From assembly GCA_965249575.1 (NCBI GenBank), contig OZ252244.1, forward strand, positions 1,568,001 through 1,632,000: a stretch of 64,000 nt of DNA. The letters are read 5' to 3'. The DNA is from Gemmatimonadales bacterium (GTDB taxonomy: Bacteria; Gemmatimonadota; Gemmatimonadetes; Gemmatimonadales; GWC2-71-9). A program made the translations under genes and the position numbers. Shown here in pieces: positions 46,842-57,055 of the stretch (position 1 is its first letter; each line of letters begins with the position of its first letter). Below the pieces are notes generated by a model, which was not told the origin of the DNA, ran no database searches, and worked only from the letters and a program-made list of their open reading frames with translations.

Positions 46842-48212
46842 TCACCGGGCTCTCCTGCGCGTCCACAACCAAAAAACTGGCACTCCCGACAACACGACCG
46901 CGACGTCGAGCCCGAAAACGAGCGGTTCCGAGATCATGTAGTTGCCAAGGAGGAACAGCGCGGCGATGAGAAAGAGCGCCGGCACGACCGGGTAGCCCCA
47001 GGTCTTGTAGGGTCGGCTCAGGTCGGGACGGCGGCGACGCAGCACGAACACGGCCGCGACCGCGAGGGCGTAGAACGGCCAGATACCAATGATGAACTGG
47101 TCGGCGAGCTGCGCGAACGTTCGCACGGAGACGAAGACGATACCGAGAACGGCAGCGAGCACGATCGCGCCGCCCGGGGTGCCGAATCGGGGGTGCACGG
47201 CCGCCAGTTTTCGGAAGAACAGCCCGTCTTCGGCCATCGCGTAGAAGACTCGCGGCCCGGTCATGGTCGAGCCGTTGAGCGTCCCAAAGGTGCTGATCAT
47301 GACTGCGGCCGAGATGAACGTTACGCCCAGCGGTCCCAGGATGACCTGGGCCGCATCGGCCGCTATGAGTGGCGATCCCGGCATTCGGTCGAGCGGGACC
47401 AAATGCAGGTACACGGCGTTGACGAGCAGGTAGACGGTGACGACTCCGGCCGTCCCAAGGAACAGGGCTCGTGGGAGTGCGCGCTGGGGATCCTTGACCT
47501 CGCCACCCATGAATCCGAGATCCGCGAAACCGTCATACGCCCACAACATGGAGACCATGGCGAGCCCGAACGCCGAAACAGCTGATCGGCCGGACGGCTC
47601 GGGCGGGAGCACGGCAGCAGGAACCGCGTCGGGGTTCGGGGAAAGTGCGAACCCGAGAGCAACCAACAGGAGGAGCGCACCTACCTTGAGGACGGTGCTC
47701 ACGTTCTGAATGGCCGCCCCCAACTGTACCCCGCGGTAATTCGCGGTCGCCACTACGATGATGAACACAACCGCGGTGGCCTGCGCAACGGAAAGGGGAA
47801 GCCCACCGACCGGGGTCCCGCCATCTCGACCCAACAAGCGCCAGAAGTACTCGGCGGATACGATCGACACCGCCCCGTATGCCGCCGGACGGATTATCAA
47901 CAACTCGGCCCAGCCGAAGAGGAACGCAGGCAGCCGTCCAAAGGCCTCGCGGATGTAGACGTAGATGCCGCCGGTCCGTGGAAGCGACGACGCCAGTTCC
48001 CCGAACGTCAGGGCGCCGGTGAGCGCGATGACGCCTCCGAGAACCCATCCGAGGGCAAAGAGCCAAAGAACGTCGATCCGCTCCGCCACGACCGCGGGTG
48101 TGCGAAAGATCCCGCTCCCGATGGTCGATCCCATCACAACGGCCATGGCGCTCAGAAGGCCGAGCTTGCGGGGGAGACGGTCACCCCATTGATCCGTCGC
48201 CGGTGTGTGCAC
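46842..48212 (-). CDS. APC-family amino acid permease (LAT-like)
   Basis: IGSGIF, GG.YVY, WAYDG, GGEVKDP, RPYK; about 12 TMs. Confidence 0.92.
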   Translation of the reverse strand: MHTPATDQWGDRLPRKLGLLSAMAVVMGSTIGSGIFRTPAVVAERIDVLWLFALGWVLGGVIALTGALTFGELASSLPRTGGIYVYIREAFGRLPAFLFGWAELLIIRPAAYGAVSIVSAEYFWRLLGRDGGTPVGGLPLSVAQATAVVFIIVVATANYRGVQLGAAIQNVSTVLKVGALLLLVALGFALSPNPDAVPAAVLPPEPSGRSAVSAFGLAMVSMLWAYDGFADLGFMGGEVKDPQRALPRALFLGTAGVVTVYLLVNAVYLHLVPLDRMPGSPLIAADAAQVILGPLGVTFISAAVMISTFGTLNGSTMTGPRVFYAMAEDGLFFRKLAAVHPRFGTPGGAIVLAAVLGIVFVSVRTFAQLADQFIIGIWPFYALAVAAVFVLRRRRPDLSRPYKTWGYPVVPALFLIAALFLLGNYMISEPLVFGLDVAVVLSGVPVFWLWTRRRAR

Positions 48213-48320
48213 GGAGGGAACCTAATACGGATCGCGGTCGATGATCAGATAACGGGACCCGCGCCGAACACCTAACCCGTGACCCTGACACCGGCCCGAC
48301 GACCCTTTAGCTTCCGCCGC

Positions 48321-49259
48321 ATGCGAGCACTTCGAAACACCGCCTATGTCTGTGCCTTCTTCGCATACGTGCTGATCGTGTTCGGCGCGTTCGTGCGAAT
48401 CACCGGATCTGGTCTCGGTTGTGGTGACCAATGGCCGCTCTGCAATGGCCGAATCATCCCGCCACTGGACGACGTAGCCGTGATCATCGAATACGGCCAT
48501 CGCCTTACAGCGGTGGGGTTGAGCGTGTTAGTCGTGGTCCTCATCGGGCTGGCAATCGCGCAGCGCCGGCAGCCGGGGGGATCCGGGGCCGGAGGCACCT
48601 TTGCACCCGCCATGGTGGCCACGGCCCTGCTGGTCGTCCAGATCCTACTCGGGGCGGTGACAGTGTGGCTCGATTTGGCCGCCGCGGCAGTCGTACTCCA
48701 CCTTGCAACGGCGATGGCATTGCTCGCGGCCCTCCTCATCACAGGGCTCAGGGCAGGCACTCGAGCAGAACATCCAGCGCAATCCGCCGGTGCGAGCACG
48801 CGACGCAGCGCTCACGTGGCCGCAGGGCTCGGTGCGGCGGCTATTCTCCTCGGTGGCTTGACGGCAACCAGCGGGGCCGGTCCCCTCTGCTTGGGCTTCC
48901 CTTTATGTAATGGCCAAGTTTGGCCGAGCGGACCCGGCCTCGTTCACATCCACTGGACGCACCGGCTGGTGGCATACGCGCTCTTCTTCCACGCACTGGG
49001 CTTGGCGATGGCGGCGCGCAGAAAAGCAGCACCGCCGCGGATCCTGGCGGCGGCATGGGCGGCGTTCGGGATAGTCGTGCTCCAGATCGCGGTGGCCGCG
49101 GCCATGATACTGAGTCTCTTCCCGCCAGCGTTGCGAGGCCTGCATGCTGCAGTCGGCACGGCGTTGTGGGCAGCGCTCGTATACCTCGTTTGGCAAGTGC
49201 GGAGGGAGGTAAACCCCCTGCCGATCGAATCTGCCGCGCCGGCCCGCTCCGGGTCTTAG
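48321..49259 (+). CDS. ctaA: Heme A synthase (COX15/CtaA family)
   Basis: GLGC.DQWPLCNG, EYGHR, LH, second C.GFPLCNG, HWTHR, LH. Confidence 0.82.
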   Translation: MRALRNTAYVCAFFAYVLIVFGAFVRITGSGLGCGDQWPLCNGRIIPPLDDVAVIIEYGHRLTAVGLSVLVVVLIGLAIAQRRQPGGSGAGGTFAPAMVATALLVVQILLGAVTVWLDLAAAAVVLHLATAMALLAALLITGLRAGTRAEHPAQSAGASTRRSAHVAAGLGAAAILLGGLTATSGAGPLCLGFPLCNGQVWPSGPGLVHIHWTHRLVAYALFFHALGLAMAARRKAAPPRILAAAWAAFGIVVLQIAVAAAMILSLFPPALRGLHAAVGTALWAALVYLVWQVRREVNPLPIESAAPARSGS

Positions 49260-49289
49260 GTACGGCTCGTCGGGTCGGAGGAGACGAAC

Positions 49290-50036
49290 ATGCTCGATCG
49301 AATCGCAGCCGGACGCACTGACCTCGTGTTCGACTATCTGGCGGAAGGGCACTCCGCCAAGTCGACCGACGAACAGGGTGTTTCGCTTATGAAATGGTGC
49401 GCTTATTACGGTGATGTCAGTGCCGTGAGGTTCCTACTCGCAAACGGCGAATCCACCGCGTCGCTGGGAAACAACTTTGACCTCAACGGGGCCTGTTTCC
49501 ACGCGCACTGGCGGTTGTGTGAGTTCCTAGTCGAGAGCGGCGCCGATGTGAACCATTCCCTGCCCACCACCGGAGAGACGCCGCTGCACTCGGCCCTGTG
49601 CAAGGCGAATCGCCCCTCGTACAACCACGTGATCAAAGTGCTACTTGCCAACGGGGCCGATCCGAATCGGTCGACGCAGCCATCCACCGAAACGGGCGCG
49701 TTCATGCGTGACTGCCGAACCAGGGCCGAAACTCCTCTCCACCGCGCGGCGGCGTATGGCGACGAGGAAGCCATCCAGCTTCTCCTGGACGCGGGAGCTG
49801 TAGTCGACGCCAAGGACATGAACGGAGATTCGCCGCTGGCCTGGGCCAGCTGGCATCTTAGGCCACCCTCCATACTCGCATTGCTGTGCTACGGCCGGCA
49901 TACCCTTCCGCCGGGTGCAACACAGCGCCCGTCGAGCGACCACGGGATGGGCTGGGGCGGCCTGGAATTTACGCTGCTGGGGGCACCCCCACACTTGAAT
50001 AGAGCGCCGACCGGGACGCATTCTAAGCCGACATAG
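49290..50036 (+). CDS. Ankyrin-repeat protein
   Basis: GETPLH, ETPLHRAAAYG, GDSPL, GADVN/GADPN; GGAGG RBS. Confidence 0.9.
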   Translation: MLDRIAAGRTDLVFDYLAEGHSAKSTDEQGVSLMKWCAYYGDVSAVRFLLANGESTASLGNNFDLNGACFHAHWRLCEFLVESGADVNHSLPTTGETPLHSALCKANRPSYNHVIKVLLANGADPNRSTQPSTETGAFMRDCRTRAETPLHRAAAYGDEEAIQLLLDAGAVVDAKDMNGDSPLAWASWHLRPPSILALLCYGRHTLPPGATQRPSSDHGMGWGGLEFTLLGAPPHLNRAPTGTHSKPT

Positions 50037-50053
50037 CGGGTTCCGATTATCTC

Positions 50054-50659
50054 CTACGCTCCCGGCCCGCTCGGCCTTGCACGCCACTGGCACATCACGT
50101 CCCCCCTTGCCCGGCAGTTCACGTGGATGACCGAGCCGTCGAAATCGGTCAGGACTCGTAAGAGCTCTTCGAAAGCAGCCTCGTATAGGCCGCAGACCAG
50201 GGGTCCTATTGGCGCCCCCGCTGCGGCACCGGCGGTTGCAACCGGTTCGCCGTCCGCGCGATCCACGTCCAGGTCCAGGAACCGTGCAGCGGCGCGGCGA
50301 GCAATCGCCAAACACAGCGGAGCGCCTACGAGCGGCACGCCGTGCAGGGGCCGTGCGACCCGTTTCCCAAGCACCGGCGCCGCGTGCCGCGCCGCGCGGC
50401 GGCCGGCATCCCTCACGACCGCGCTCGCGTCCGGGCGCCGCTCGACGAGTCGGAGAAGTCCGGCTACCTCGTCGGCATCGGCCCGAGCGCCCCGTCTGAA
50501 CAGCCGCCGATATCGAGCGATCTGCGCGGCGATCGTGGGGCTCATCCCGAGCCGTTTCGACGCCAGCTCGGTCGACAGCTCGTCCACTCCGCCTCCATCG
50601 GGTGCGTCGGACGACCGCAGAGCTTCCAGAATCGACAGCGGGATGACGGTATGCACCAT
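50054..50659 (-). CDS. Hypothetical protein with a V4R-like C-terminus
   Basis: C.LY...F...H..C.ARGD..C.W pattern; start uncertain. Confidence 0.6.
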   Translation of the reverse strand: MVHTVIPLSILEALRSSDAPDGGGVDELSTELASKRLGMSPTIAAQIARYRRLFRRGARADADEVAGLLRLVERRPDASAVVRDAGRRAARHAAPVLGKRVARPLHGVPLVGAPLCLAIARRAAARFLDLDVDRADGEPVATAGAAAGAPIGPLVCGLYEAAFEELLRVLTDFDGSVIHVNCRARGDVMCQWRARPSGPGA

Positions 50660-50839
50660 TTGCCTTGGGATAGCTATGTCGTTCGTGGTGGTTTTCTTGG
50701 GCCTGGTCACGGCACCACACCCCGGATTTTCGACGAGAAGTTCACTCCGTGTTAGTGGCGGCGCGGAAGGTAACCGGGCCCGTGCGAGGCTGCTAGTGGG
50801 CCATTGCGCTGACCCCCGCATGTGGCCATCCTAAGCGCC

Positions 50840-51403
50840 ATGTCCGCCGACGACGAAAAGCGTCGAGCTTTCGAAGATCAAGCGATTCCACATCTCGACA
50901 TCGCTTATCGCGTGGCCCTTCGCCTCTCGGGCGATCCCTCGAGAGCCGAAGACCTCACGCAAGAAACCATGTTGAAGGCATATCGCGCTTGGCATCAGTT
51001 CGAGACCGGGACGAATGTGCGCGCGTGGTTGTTGACCATATTGCGCCACACATTCATCAACGAGTATCGGCGACAGTCGAGCCGTGCTCCGACAGTCGAT
51101 ATCGGTGAGATCGAGTCATTCTCTCTGTTCGCTGAGGTTCAGGACGTCGACCCAGAGGGCAGCTTCTTCGATAGGATCGTAGACGAGACCGTCATCAAGG
51201 CAATCGATGCCCTGCCCGAGGAGTTCCGGGAAACGCTGGTCTTGAGTGACGTCGAGGGCCTAGCCTATGCGGAGATTGCGGAGATCACTAGTGTGCCGGT
51301 GGGCACGGTGAAGTCGCGGTTGTTTCGAGCACGAAAGGCACTCCAGCGCCAGTTGTACGAGTATGCCGTCGAGATGGGGTACATCAAGAAGGTGACGGGG
51401 TGA
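50840..51403 (+). CDS. ECF sigma factor (SigH/SigR-like)
   Basis: AEDLTQET..KA, N.RAWL..IL, Y.EIA....P.GTV.SRLFRAR. Confidence 0.92.
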   Translation: MSADDEKRRAFEDQAIPHLDIAYRVALRLSGDPSRAEDLTQETMLKAYRAWHQFETGTNVRAWLLTILRHTFINEYRRQSSRAPTVDIGEIESFSLFAEVQDVDPEGSFFDRIVDETVIKAIDALPEEFRETLVLSDVEGLAYAEIAEITSVPVGTVKSRLFRARKALQRQLYEYAVEMGYIKKVTG

Positions 51404-51663
51404 CCGAGCCGCGTCTGATCGACTGTCGCGAGGCTGCGGAAAAGCTCTACCCGTATCTCGACCGGGAGTTGACGACGGCAGACGAACGAGCGGTTCGCGA
51501 ACATCTGGCCGATTGCGCGAAGTGCTTCAGAGTATTCGAGCTCGAGGGGGTATTCCTCGGGTTTCTGAACGCTCGAACGGCCGCCATGCGGGCACCCAAT
51601 GAGCTCAAGAAACGGATTTTCGAGACAACCATTTGGGGTGAGGATTCGCAGGGATCGGAATGA
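51400..51663 (+). CDS. Zinc-binding anti-sigma factor (ZAS, RsrA/RshA-like)
   Basis: C......Y.YLD.EL...HLADCAKC (HxxxCxxC); no TM. Confidence 0.9.
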   Translation: MTEPRLIDCREAAEKLYPYLDRELTTADERAVREHLADCAKCFRVFELEGVFLGFLNARTAAMRAPNELKKRIFETTIWGEDSQGSE

Positions 51664-52432
51664 GTCCGGCGGCTGCCCTAGCGATTTCCGCAGGGTTGGC
51701 GTTGGGCGGGCGCGTGGCTGGTTGGTTGACGACCGGCGGTGCCGCGGCCGCCGCATTCGTCGGCGGCACGGTGCTCGCGGGCTCCGGCCAGGAAGGTGGC
51801 TCGCTCTTGGCGTTCTTCTTCCTCTCGTCCAGCGCTCTTACCAGCTGGAACGAGCACCGCGCGCTGGCTGCCCCCGATACCAAGGGAGCGCGACGGGACG
51901 CGAAGCAGGTCCTGGCGAATGGCGCTTGGGCTGCGGCCGGATCCTTCTTACCGGGCTCTCTCCCTTGCGCGGGTGGGCACTTTTCGTCGGCGCCCTCGCG
52001 TCGGCGCAGGCAGACACGTGGGCAACGGAGATCGGCGCGCACGCCCCCCGCCGTCCCCGCTTGATAACGACTGGCCGCGAGGTCCCCAGGGGCACGTCGG
52101 GCGGGGTCACCGCCCTGGGTTCGTTGGGCGGGCTTGCCGGTGGCATCTCGATATTGGTGCTTGCCTACACGGTCGGGGTACCAACCAGGAGCCTCGTCGC
52201 CGGGGGCATCGGTGGCGTTGCCGGCTTGCTGAGCGATTCCGTATTAGGGGCTACGATCCAGGCGCGTTTCCGATGCCGGGCATGCGAACAGGATACGGAG
52301 CTTCGCATTCATCGTTGCGGCGACAGGAGCAACCTACAGGCCGGCTGGCGTTGGTTCGACAACGACGCAGTCAACTTTGCGTCCACTGCGGTCGGCGCGG
52401 CGTGTGCGTGGGCGTTAGCCTCCGGTCTCTAG
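51660..52432 (+). pseudogene. DUF92/TMEM19 membrane protein, frameshifted near 51940-51970 (possible sequencing error)
   Basis: RDAKQVLANG in one frame; ADTWATEIG, GTSGGVT..G, DS.LGAT.Q and NDAVNF in another. Confidence 0.85.
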
Positions 52433-52466
52433 CGACTGCTGCGTACGCACGCCCGGAGGAGCGCCC

Positions 52467-52946
52467 ATGACGGCGGATCTCGCGCAGTTCCGCCAGCTGC
52501 TCTCTCGTTTCGCCACTGGTGTTACAGTCGCTACTACCGTCGATGGACATGGGCGACCCGTCGGCATGACCGCGAGCGCGGTATCGGCCGTATCGCTCGA
52601 ACCACCACTCCTCTTGGTTTGTGTCTCACACGCCGCTGATTTCCACGAAGCGCTCGCGACCGCCGACGCCTTCGCGCTCAACGTGTTGGCGAATGACCAG
52701 GAACCGCTGTCGCGGACGTTCGCGGAGAAGGGGACCGACCGGTTCGCCGAGCTCGACTACGACATGGGACCCAACGGCCAGCCGCTGATCTCGGGAGTCA
52801 CTGCCCACATCTTCTGTTCGAAGTGGGGACAGCGCACAGTCGGCGACCACACAATCTTTTTCGGCCAAGTAGTAGGTGGCGCGGTGTTCGATCGACCGCC
52901 GTTAGTACATTATCGAAGTCGATACACGACGTTGGCGGACGAATGA
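52467..52946 (+). CDS. Flavin reductase-like protein
   Basis: FATGVTV, GMTA, SLEPPL, GDHTIF.G.V, PLVHY. Confidence 0.92.
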   Translation: MTADLAQFRQLLSRFATGVTVATTVDGHGRPVGMTASAVSAVSLEPPLLLVCVSHAADFHEALATADAFALNVLANDQEPLSRTFAEKGTDRFAELDYDMGPNGQPLISGVTAHIFCSKWGQRTVGDHTIFFGQVVGGAVFDRPPLVHYRSRYTTLADE

Positions 52947-53009
52947 CCGCGTGAGTTATCTTCACTCGCGGTTCATGTGACCTGGTCTTGCAAGCGAGGA
53001 GCACACAAC

Positions 53010-53684
53010 ATGATCACGCTCGTTCGGCCGCTCGTGGCGGAGTTTCTCGGGACGTTCGGCCTAGTGTTCATCGGTGCCGGGGCTGTCGTGGTAAACGCGG
53101 CAACCGGCGAGGCGCTGGGCCTCGTAGGCATAGCGCTGGCGCACGCCCTGGTCCTCTCGGTCATGGTCACGGCTTTCATGAACATCTCGGGCGCACACCT
53201 GAACCCGGCCGTCACGTTCGCGCTGTGGAGCGCGAGCAAGATCTCCGCGGGGAGGGCGGTCTGGTACGTCCTGGTCCAGCTTCTCGCCGGCGTGGTCGCC
53301 GCCCTGCTGGTCAAATCCCTGTATCCGGCGATGGCCGGTGAGGCCACGAGCTACGGGGTCCCTCGCATCGCCGGAGACATCACGATCATCGAGGCGATTG
53401 TCATCGAAGGCATCCTGACCCTGTTTCTCGTGAGCGCCGTGTTCGGGACCGCGGTCTCCTCTGAGGCGCCGAAGGTGGGTGGATTCGGAATAGGACTGGT
53501 TCTGCTCTTCGACATCCTCGCCGGCGGCCCCCTCACGGGCGCGGCGATGAATCCAGCGCGAGCCCTGGGGCCCGCGCTGGTGGCAAACGACTGGCACGGA
53601 CACATAGCGTACTGGCTCGGGCCGCTGTTGGGGGGTGTCGTCGCAGCGCTGCTTTGGTCGAAGATATTGTTGCCGCGGGATTGA
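53010..53684 (+). CDS. Aquaporin (MIP family)
   Basis: AEFLGT, SGAHLNPAVT and AMNPARA motifs. Confidence 0.95.
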   Translation: MITLVRPLVAEFLGTFGLVFIGAGAVVVNAATGEALGLVGIALAHALVLSVMVTAFMNISGAHLNPAVTFALWSASKISAGRAVWYVLVQLLAGVVAALLVKSLYPAMAGEATSYGVPRIAGDITIIEAIVIEGILTLFLVSAVFGTAVSSEAPKVGGFGIGLVLLFDILAGGPLTGAAMNPARALGPALVANDWHGHIAYWLGPLLGGVVAALLWSKILLPRD

Positions 53685-53697
53685 ACGGGGTTTCGGC

Positions 53698-54660
53698 CTA
53701 GGTGGCGACCTCCGGCGCGGCGTAGGTGACAATGATGTCCCCGCCGGCCCTCCGGATAGCGAGTAGCGCTTCGCGCATAGCCTGGACACCGTCGACCGCG
53801 CCCGCCTGAGCCGCGAACTTGATCATGCTGTACTCCCCACTCACCTGGTAGACTGCGAGCGGCCCCCCGAACCGCTCCTTCGCCCGCCGAACAATGTCGA
53901 GGCAAGGCATCCCGGGTTTCACCATGACCAGATCTGCGCCTTCTGCCAGGTCCTGAGCGATCTCCTTTAGCGCCTCGTCGGCATTCGCCGGGTCCATCTG
54001 GTACCCTCGCCGGTCACCAACCTGAGGCGCGCTGGCCGCGGCCTGGCGAAACGGGCCGTAAAACGACGAGGCGTATTTGGCCGCGTAGGACAGGATCGGT
54101 GTCTCTTTCCATCCCGCCGCGTCGAGCGCCGACCGGATTGCCCCCACGCGGCCGTCCATCATGTCGCTCGGGGCTACGATGTCCGCCCCCGCCGCCGCGT
54201 GAGAAACGGCAACCCTTCCCAGTATCGGGAGGGTAGCATCGTTATTCACCGTCCCGGCGTCCAGGACGCCGCAGTGGCCGTGAGACGTGTACTCACACAG
54301 GCACACGTCGGTCACGACGACCAGGTCGGGACGCTCGTCTTTCATCGCCCGCACGGCGCGTTGCACGACTCCCTCAACGTCGAATGCTCCGGTGCCTTCA
54401 TCGTCCTTTCGGTCTGGGATACCGAACAACAGCACACCCCCTAGTCCCAGATCGGCGGCGCGGTGGGCCAGCGCGGCACATTCTTCGAGGGGATGCTGGG
54501 ACACGCCGGGCATAGCCGCAATCGGAACAGCCGGGCCCTCAAGCTTGATGAAGAGCGGCCAAATCAACTGCGCCGGGTCGAGGTGTGCCTCCGCAACGAG
54601 GCGCCGCAGTGCGGCAGTCCGGCGGAGCCGGCGCATGCGGGTGATCGGAAAACCGCTCAC
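53698..54660 (-). CDS. hemB: Porphobilinogen synthase
   Basis: DVCLCEYTSHGHCG, SDMMDGR, SSFYGPFR, MVKP, YQVSGEY. Confidence 0.97.
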   Translation of the reverse strand: MSGFPITRMRRLRRTAALRRLVAEAHLDPAQLIWPLFIKLEGPAVPIAAMPGVSQHPLEECAALAHRAADLGLGGVLLFGIPDRKDDEGTGAFDVEGVVQRAVRAMKDERPDLVVVTDVCLCEYTSHGHCGVLDAGTVNNDATLPILGRVAVSHAAAGADIVAPSDMMDGRVGAIRSALDAAGWKETPILSYAAKYASSFYGPFRQAAASAPQVGDRRGYQMDPANADEALKEIAQDLAEGADLVMVKPGMPCLDIVRRAKERFGGPLAVYQVSGEYSMIKFAAQAGAVDGVQAMREALLAIRRAGGDIIVTYAAPEVAT

Positions 54661-55592
54661 CAGCTCGATCCCCCTTCGAGCCCGGCCCCCTCGCCGGCCA
54701 TCAGCGCGCGGGCGCCGGCCTTCAACAGATCGCGCCCCGCCGACGCGCCGGACGCGCTCGGTTCGAGCAGGTTGACGCTGACGCGCGTGTCAACGTACCG
54801 CGAGCCATCCGGTGCGTACGCACGCACGTGTAGAACGGCGCCGTCGGGGGTAACCGTGCACAGGGCGCCGATTGACGAGCGGCAGCCACCTCCCAGCTCC
54901 GCCATCGCCGATCGCTCGGCTTCCGCAGACAAGCGGACCGCAGAATCATCCAACGGTCGAACGCTAGCAGCGGTTCGAGGATCGTCGCCTCGGATCTCGA
55001 CGGCGAGTGCACCCTGGCCAGGTGCTGGAACCACCAGCGAAGGATCGAGCGGCACCACACCGCCGGTGACACTCAGTCGCTTGAGGCCGGCGAGCGCCAG
55101 CACGGCCACATCAATCTCGCCGCGCCGTACTCGATCGACTCGCGTGGGCACGTTTCCCTGCAACTCGCTCAGATGAAGATCCGGACGGACCGATAGGATC
55201 GCGGCGCGGCGGCGAAGGCTCGACGTTCCGGTTCTAGCACCCTCGGGTACGTCGGCAAGGTCCCAACCCGCGCGGCTCACCAGCGCGTCTCGCGGATCTT
55301 CCCGCTCGGGAAAGGCAGCCAAGATCAGCCCCTCGGGTGACACGGCACCCAGATCCTTGAGCGAGTGCACCGCCGCGTCGATTCGCCCCTCCAGCAGCGC
55401 ATCCTGTAGCTCCTTGGTGAACAGATCCTTGACGGCAACGCCGCTTCTAGGGTGTGCCGACCCCTCGTCGCCGGACGAGCGCACAATCACGAGTTCGGTA
55501 CCGACGTTGCGCCGCTCGAGGAGCACCCGCACCCGATCCGCCTGCCAACGCGCCAGCGCGCTCCCTCTGCTTCCGATTCGCAGGGCTGTCAC
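54657..55592 (-). CDS. hemC: Hydroxymethylbilane synthase
   Basis: GSRGSALA..Q, VHSLKD, REDPRD, GTSSLRR, GNV.TR, PAPGQGAL, GGGC; GTG start at 55592. Confidence 0.95.
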   Translation of the reverse strand: MTALRIGSRGSALARWQADRVRVLLERRNVGTELVIVRSSGDEGSAHPRSGVAVKDLFTKELQDALLEGRIDAAVHSLKDLGAVSPEGLILAAFPEREDPRDALVSRAGWDLADVPEGARTGTSSLRRRAAILSVRPDLHLSELQGNVPTRVDRVRRGEIDVAVLALAGLKRLSVTGGVVPLDPSLVVPAPGQGALAVEIRGDDPRTAASVRPLDDSAVRLSAEAERSAMAELGGGCRSSIGALCTVTPDGAVLHVRAYAPDGSRYVDTRVSVNLLEPSASGASAGRDLLKAGARALMAGEGAGLEGGSSW

Positions 55593-55684
55593 GGGTGGAC
55601 CGGTCTCCGAGAGATGATCGGACTCAAACGCGGATCGGTGGTGGGAAATTGCAATATGCCGGACCGCACGGGCATTATCAAGCG

Positions 55685-56245
55685 ATGACGACCCGTCGTG
55701 CCGGCATCTGGAGGAGGTTTCGAAGGTTGGTCGCCAGGCGCGCGGCGCGGCGCGCGGCGCGACTCGAGCCTCAGCACGCCCCCTCGTCCGAACGATGGCT
55801 TCGCTTCGCCTGCAGGGTCGCCCCTGATTTCGATTCGGTCCACCGGGCGCTGTCGAAGGCCCGACGTCAAGCCGACGACCGACTCGGTGCTCTGGCCGTA
55901 GCGCAGTGGGTCGTGCGCCGGTTCGAGCGCTCCGGCGACGCGTGGCTACTCCTGGGCGAGGCGTATCTGGACGCGTTCCGACCTCGGGATGCACTTGTGG
56001 CGTTCGAGCGAGCTCTACAGATCGAGGAGCGGTCGGACGCCGCGATGGCAGCGGGAGTCCTCTACCGGCGGGAGGGAGATTTGGTAACCGCGGGCGCGCG
56101 TTTCGCGCGGGCGTACGCGGCTGGTGGAGGTCCCGATGCACTGCTTGCGAACGCCGAAGCCTTGCACGCAGCCGGAGACGTGGCGGCCGCTGCCGAGGCC
56201 CGGGCCTTGTGGGAGCGGGAGACTGGGCGCGCGTGGGAGGACTAG
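55685..56245 (+). CDS. TPR-like protein
   Basis: AWLLLGEAY..., A..AFERAL and A..A.VLY...G helical repeats. Confidence 0.65.
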   Translation: MTTRRAGIWRRFRRLVARRAARRAARLEPQHAPSSERWLRFACRVAPDFDSVHRALSKARRQADDRLGALAVAQWVVRRFERSGDAWLLLGEAYLDAFRPRDALVAFERALQIEERSDAAMAAGVLYRREGDLVTAGARFARAYAAGGGPDALLANAEALHAAGDVAAAAEARALWERETGRAWED

Positions 56246-56364
56246 TACTGGCGCGTACGTATCTTCCACCCGCGGTATACCAGTAACGCGGTGTATGCGA
56301 GAACGATTACGGCCGTTACCACGTACGCCGAGACCATGTACGCACCGTTGTCAGGATAACTCAT
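56242..56364 (-). CDS. ccmD: CcmD-like small membrane protein (40 aa, absent from the ORF track)
   Basis: MSYPDNGAYMVSAYVVTAVIVLAYTALLVYRGWKIRTRQY; Y..xAY plus TM; overlaps the end of ccmC. Confidence 0.7.
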   Translation of the reverse strand: MSYPDNGAYMVSAYVVTAVIVLAYTALLVYRGWKIRTRQY

Positions 56365-57055
56365 TCGCTATCCTTTCCGTACGGTCTTCCTCCAGCAACG
56401 CGAGGCCGTAGCGCAGCGTCAACAGACCCGTGTAGAGCAGCGTGAAGGCTCCGAGTGAGACCACCAACGTCATCAGCATCTCTGCCGGCAAGGAAGGAGT
56501 GCTCGGCTTCAAAACAATGGGTTGTGGATGCAGCGTCCGAAAGAGTTGCACGGAGAGGTGGATGAATACCACGAGCACCAGGCCGAGCGCTCCGATGACC
56601 GCTGAAAAGCGTGCACGCATTTCATGGTCCGTTATGGCTCCTCGCATCACCAAGTAGCCCGCAAAGAGCAGCGCGATGAAGAGGGTCGAGGTGAGCCGCG
56701 CATCCCAGGTCCACCAAGTACCCCAGATCGGCTTCCCCCAGATAGGTCCGGTCGTGAGCATGACCATCGAAAACGTGACGCCGACTTCCGCCGACGACGC
56801 GGCCACCAGGTCCACTCGCCGGTCCTTCAGCCATAGGTAGAGAAGGCCGAGGATACCAGTGACGACGAACGCGAGGAGTGTACTCCAGGCCGAGGGGACG
56901 TGCAGATAGAAGATCTTCTGCGCGGGGCCCTGCGTTGCCTCGATGGGAGTGAACCAGATCGCCCGAACGTACGAGATCCCGAGCGCGGCAACCCCGAGGG
57001 CCGTGATGATGTTGCCGCGGCTCACCAGCCTGAGTCCGTTTTCGCGCAGCGTCAT
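56351..57055 (-). CDS. ccmC: Heme exporter / cytochrome c maturation protein C
   Basis: YLHVP, WGKPIWGTWWTWDARLT, RTLHP. Confidence 0.95.
   Translation of the reverse strand: MTLRENGLRLVSRGNIITALGVAALGISYVRAIWFTPIEATQGPAQKIFYLHVPSAWSTLLAFVVTGILGLLYLWLKDRRVDLVAASSAEVGVTFSMVMLTTGPIWGKPIWGTWWTWDARLTSTLFIALLFAGYLVMRGAITDHEMRARFSAVIGALGLVLVVFIHLSVQLFRTLHPQPIVLKPSTPSLPAEMLMTLVVSLGAFTLLYTGLLTLRYGLALLEEDRTERIANELS

Noticed and set aside
55593..56141. Apparent 183-aa N-terminal extension of hemC
   Set aside because: Overlaps the opposite-strand TPR gene; HemC homology starts at GTG 55592
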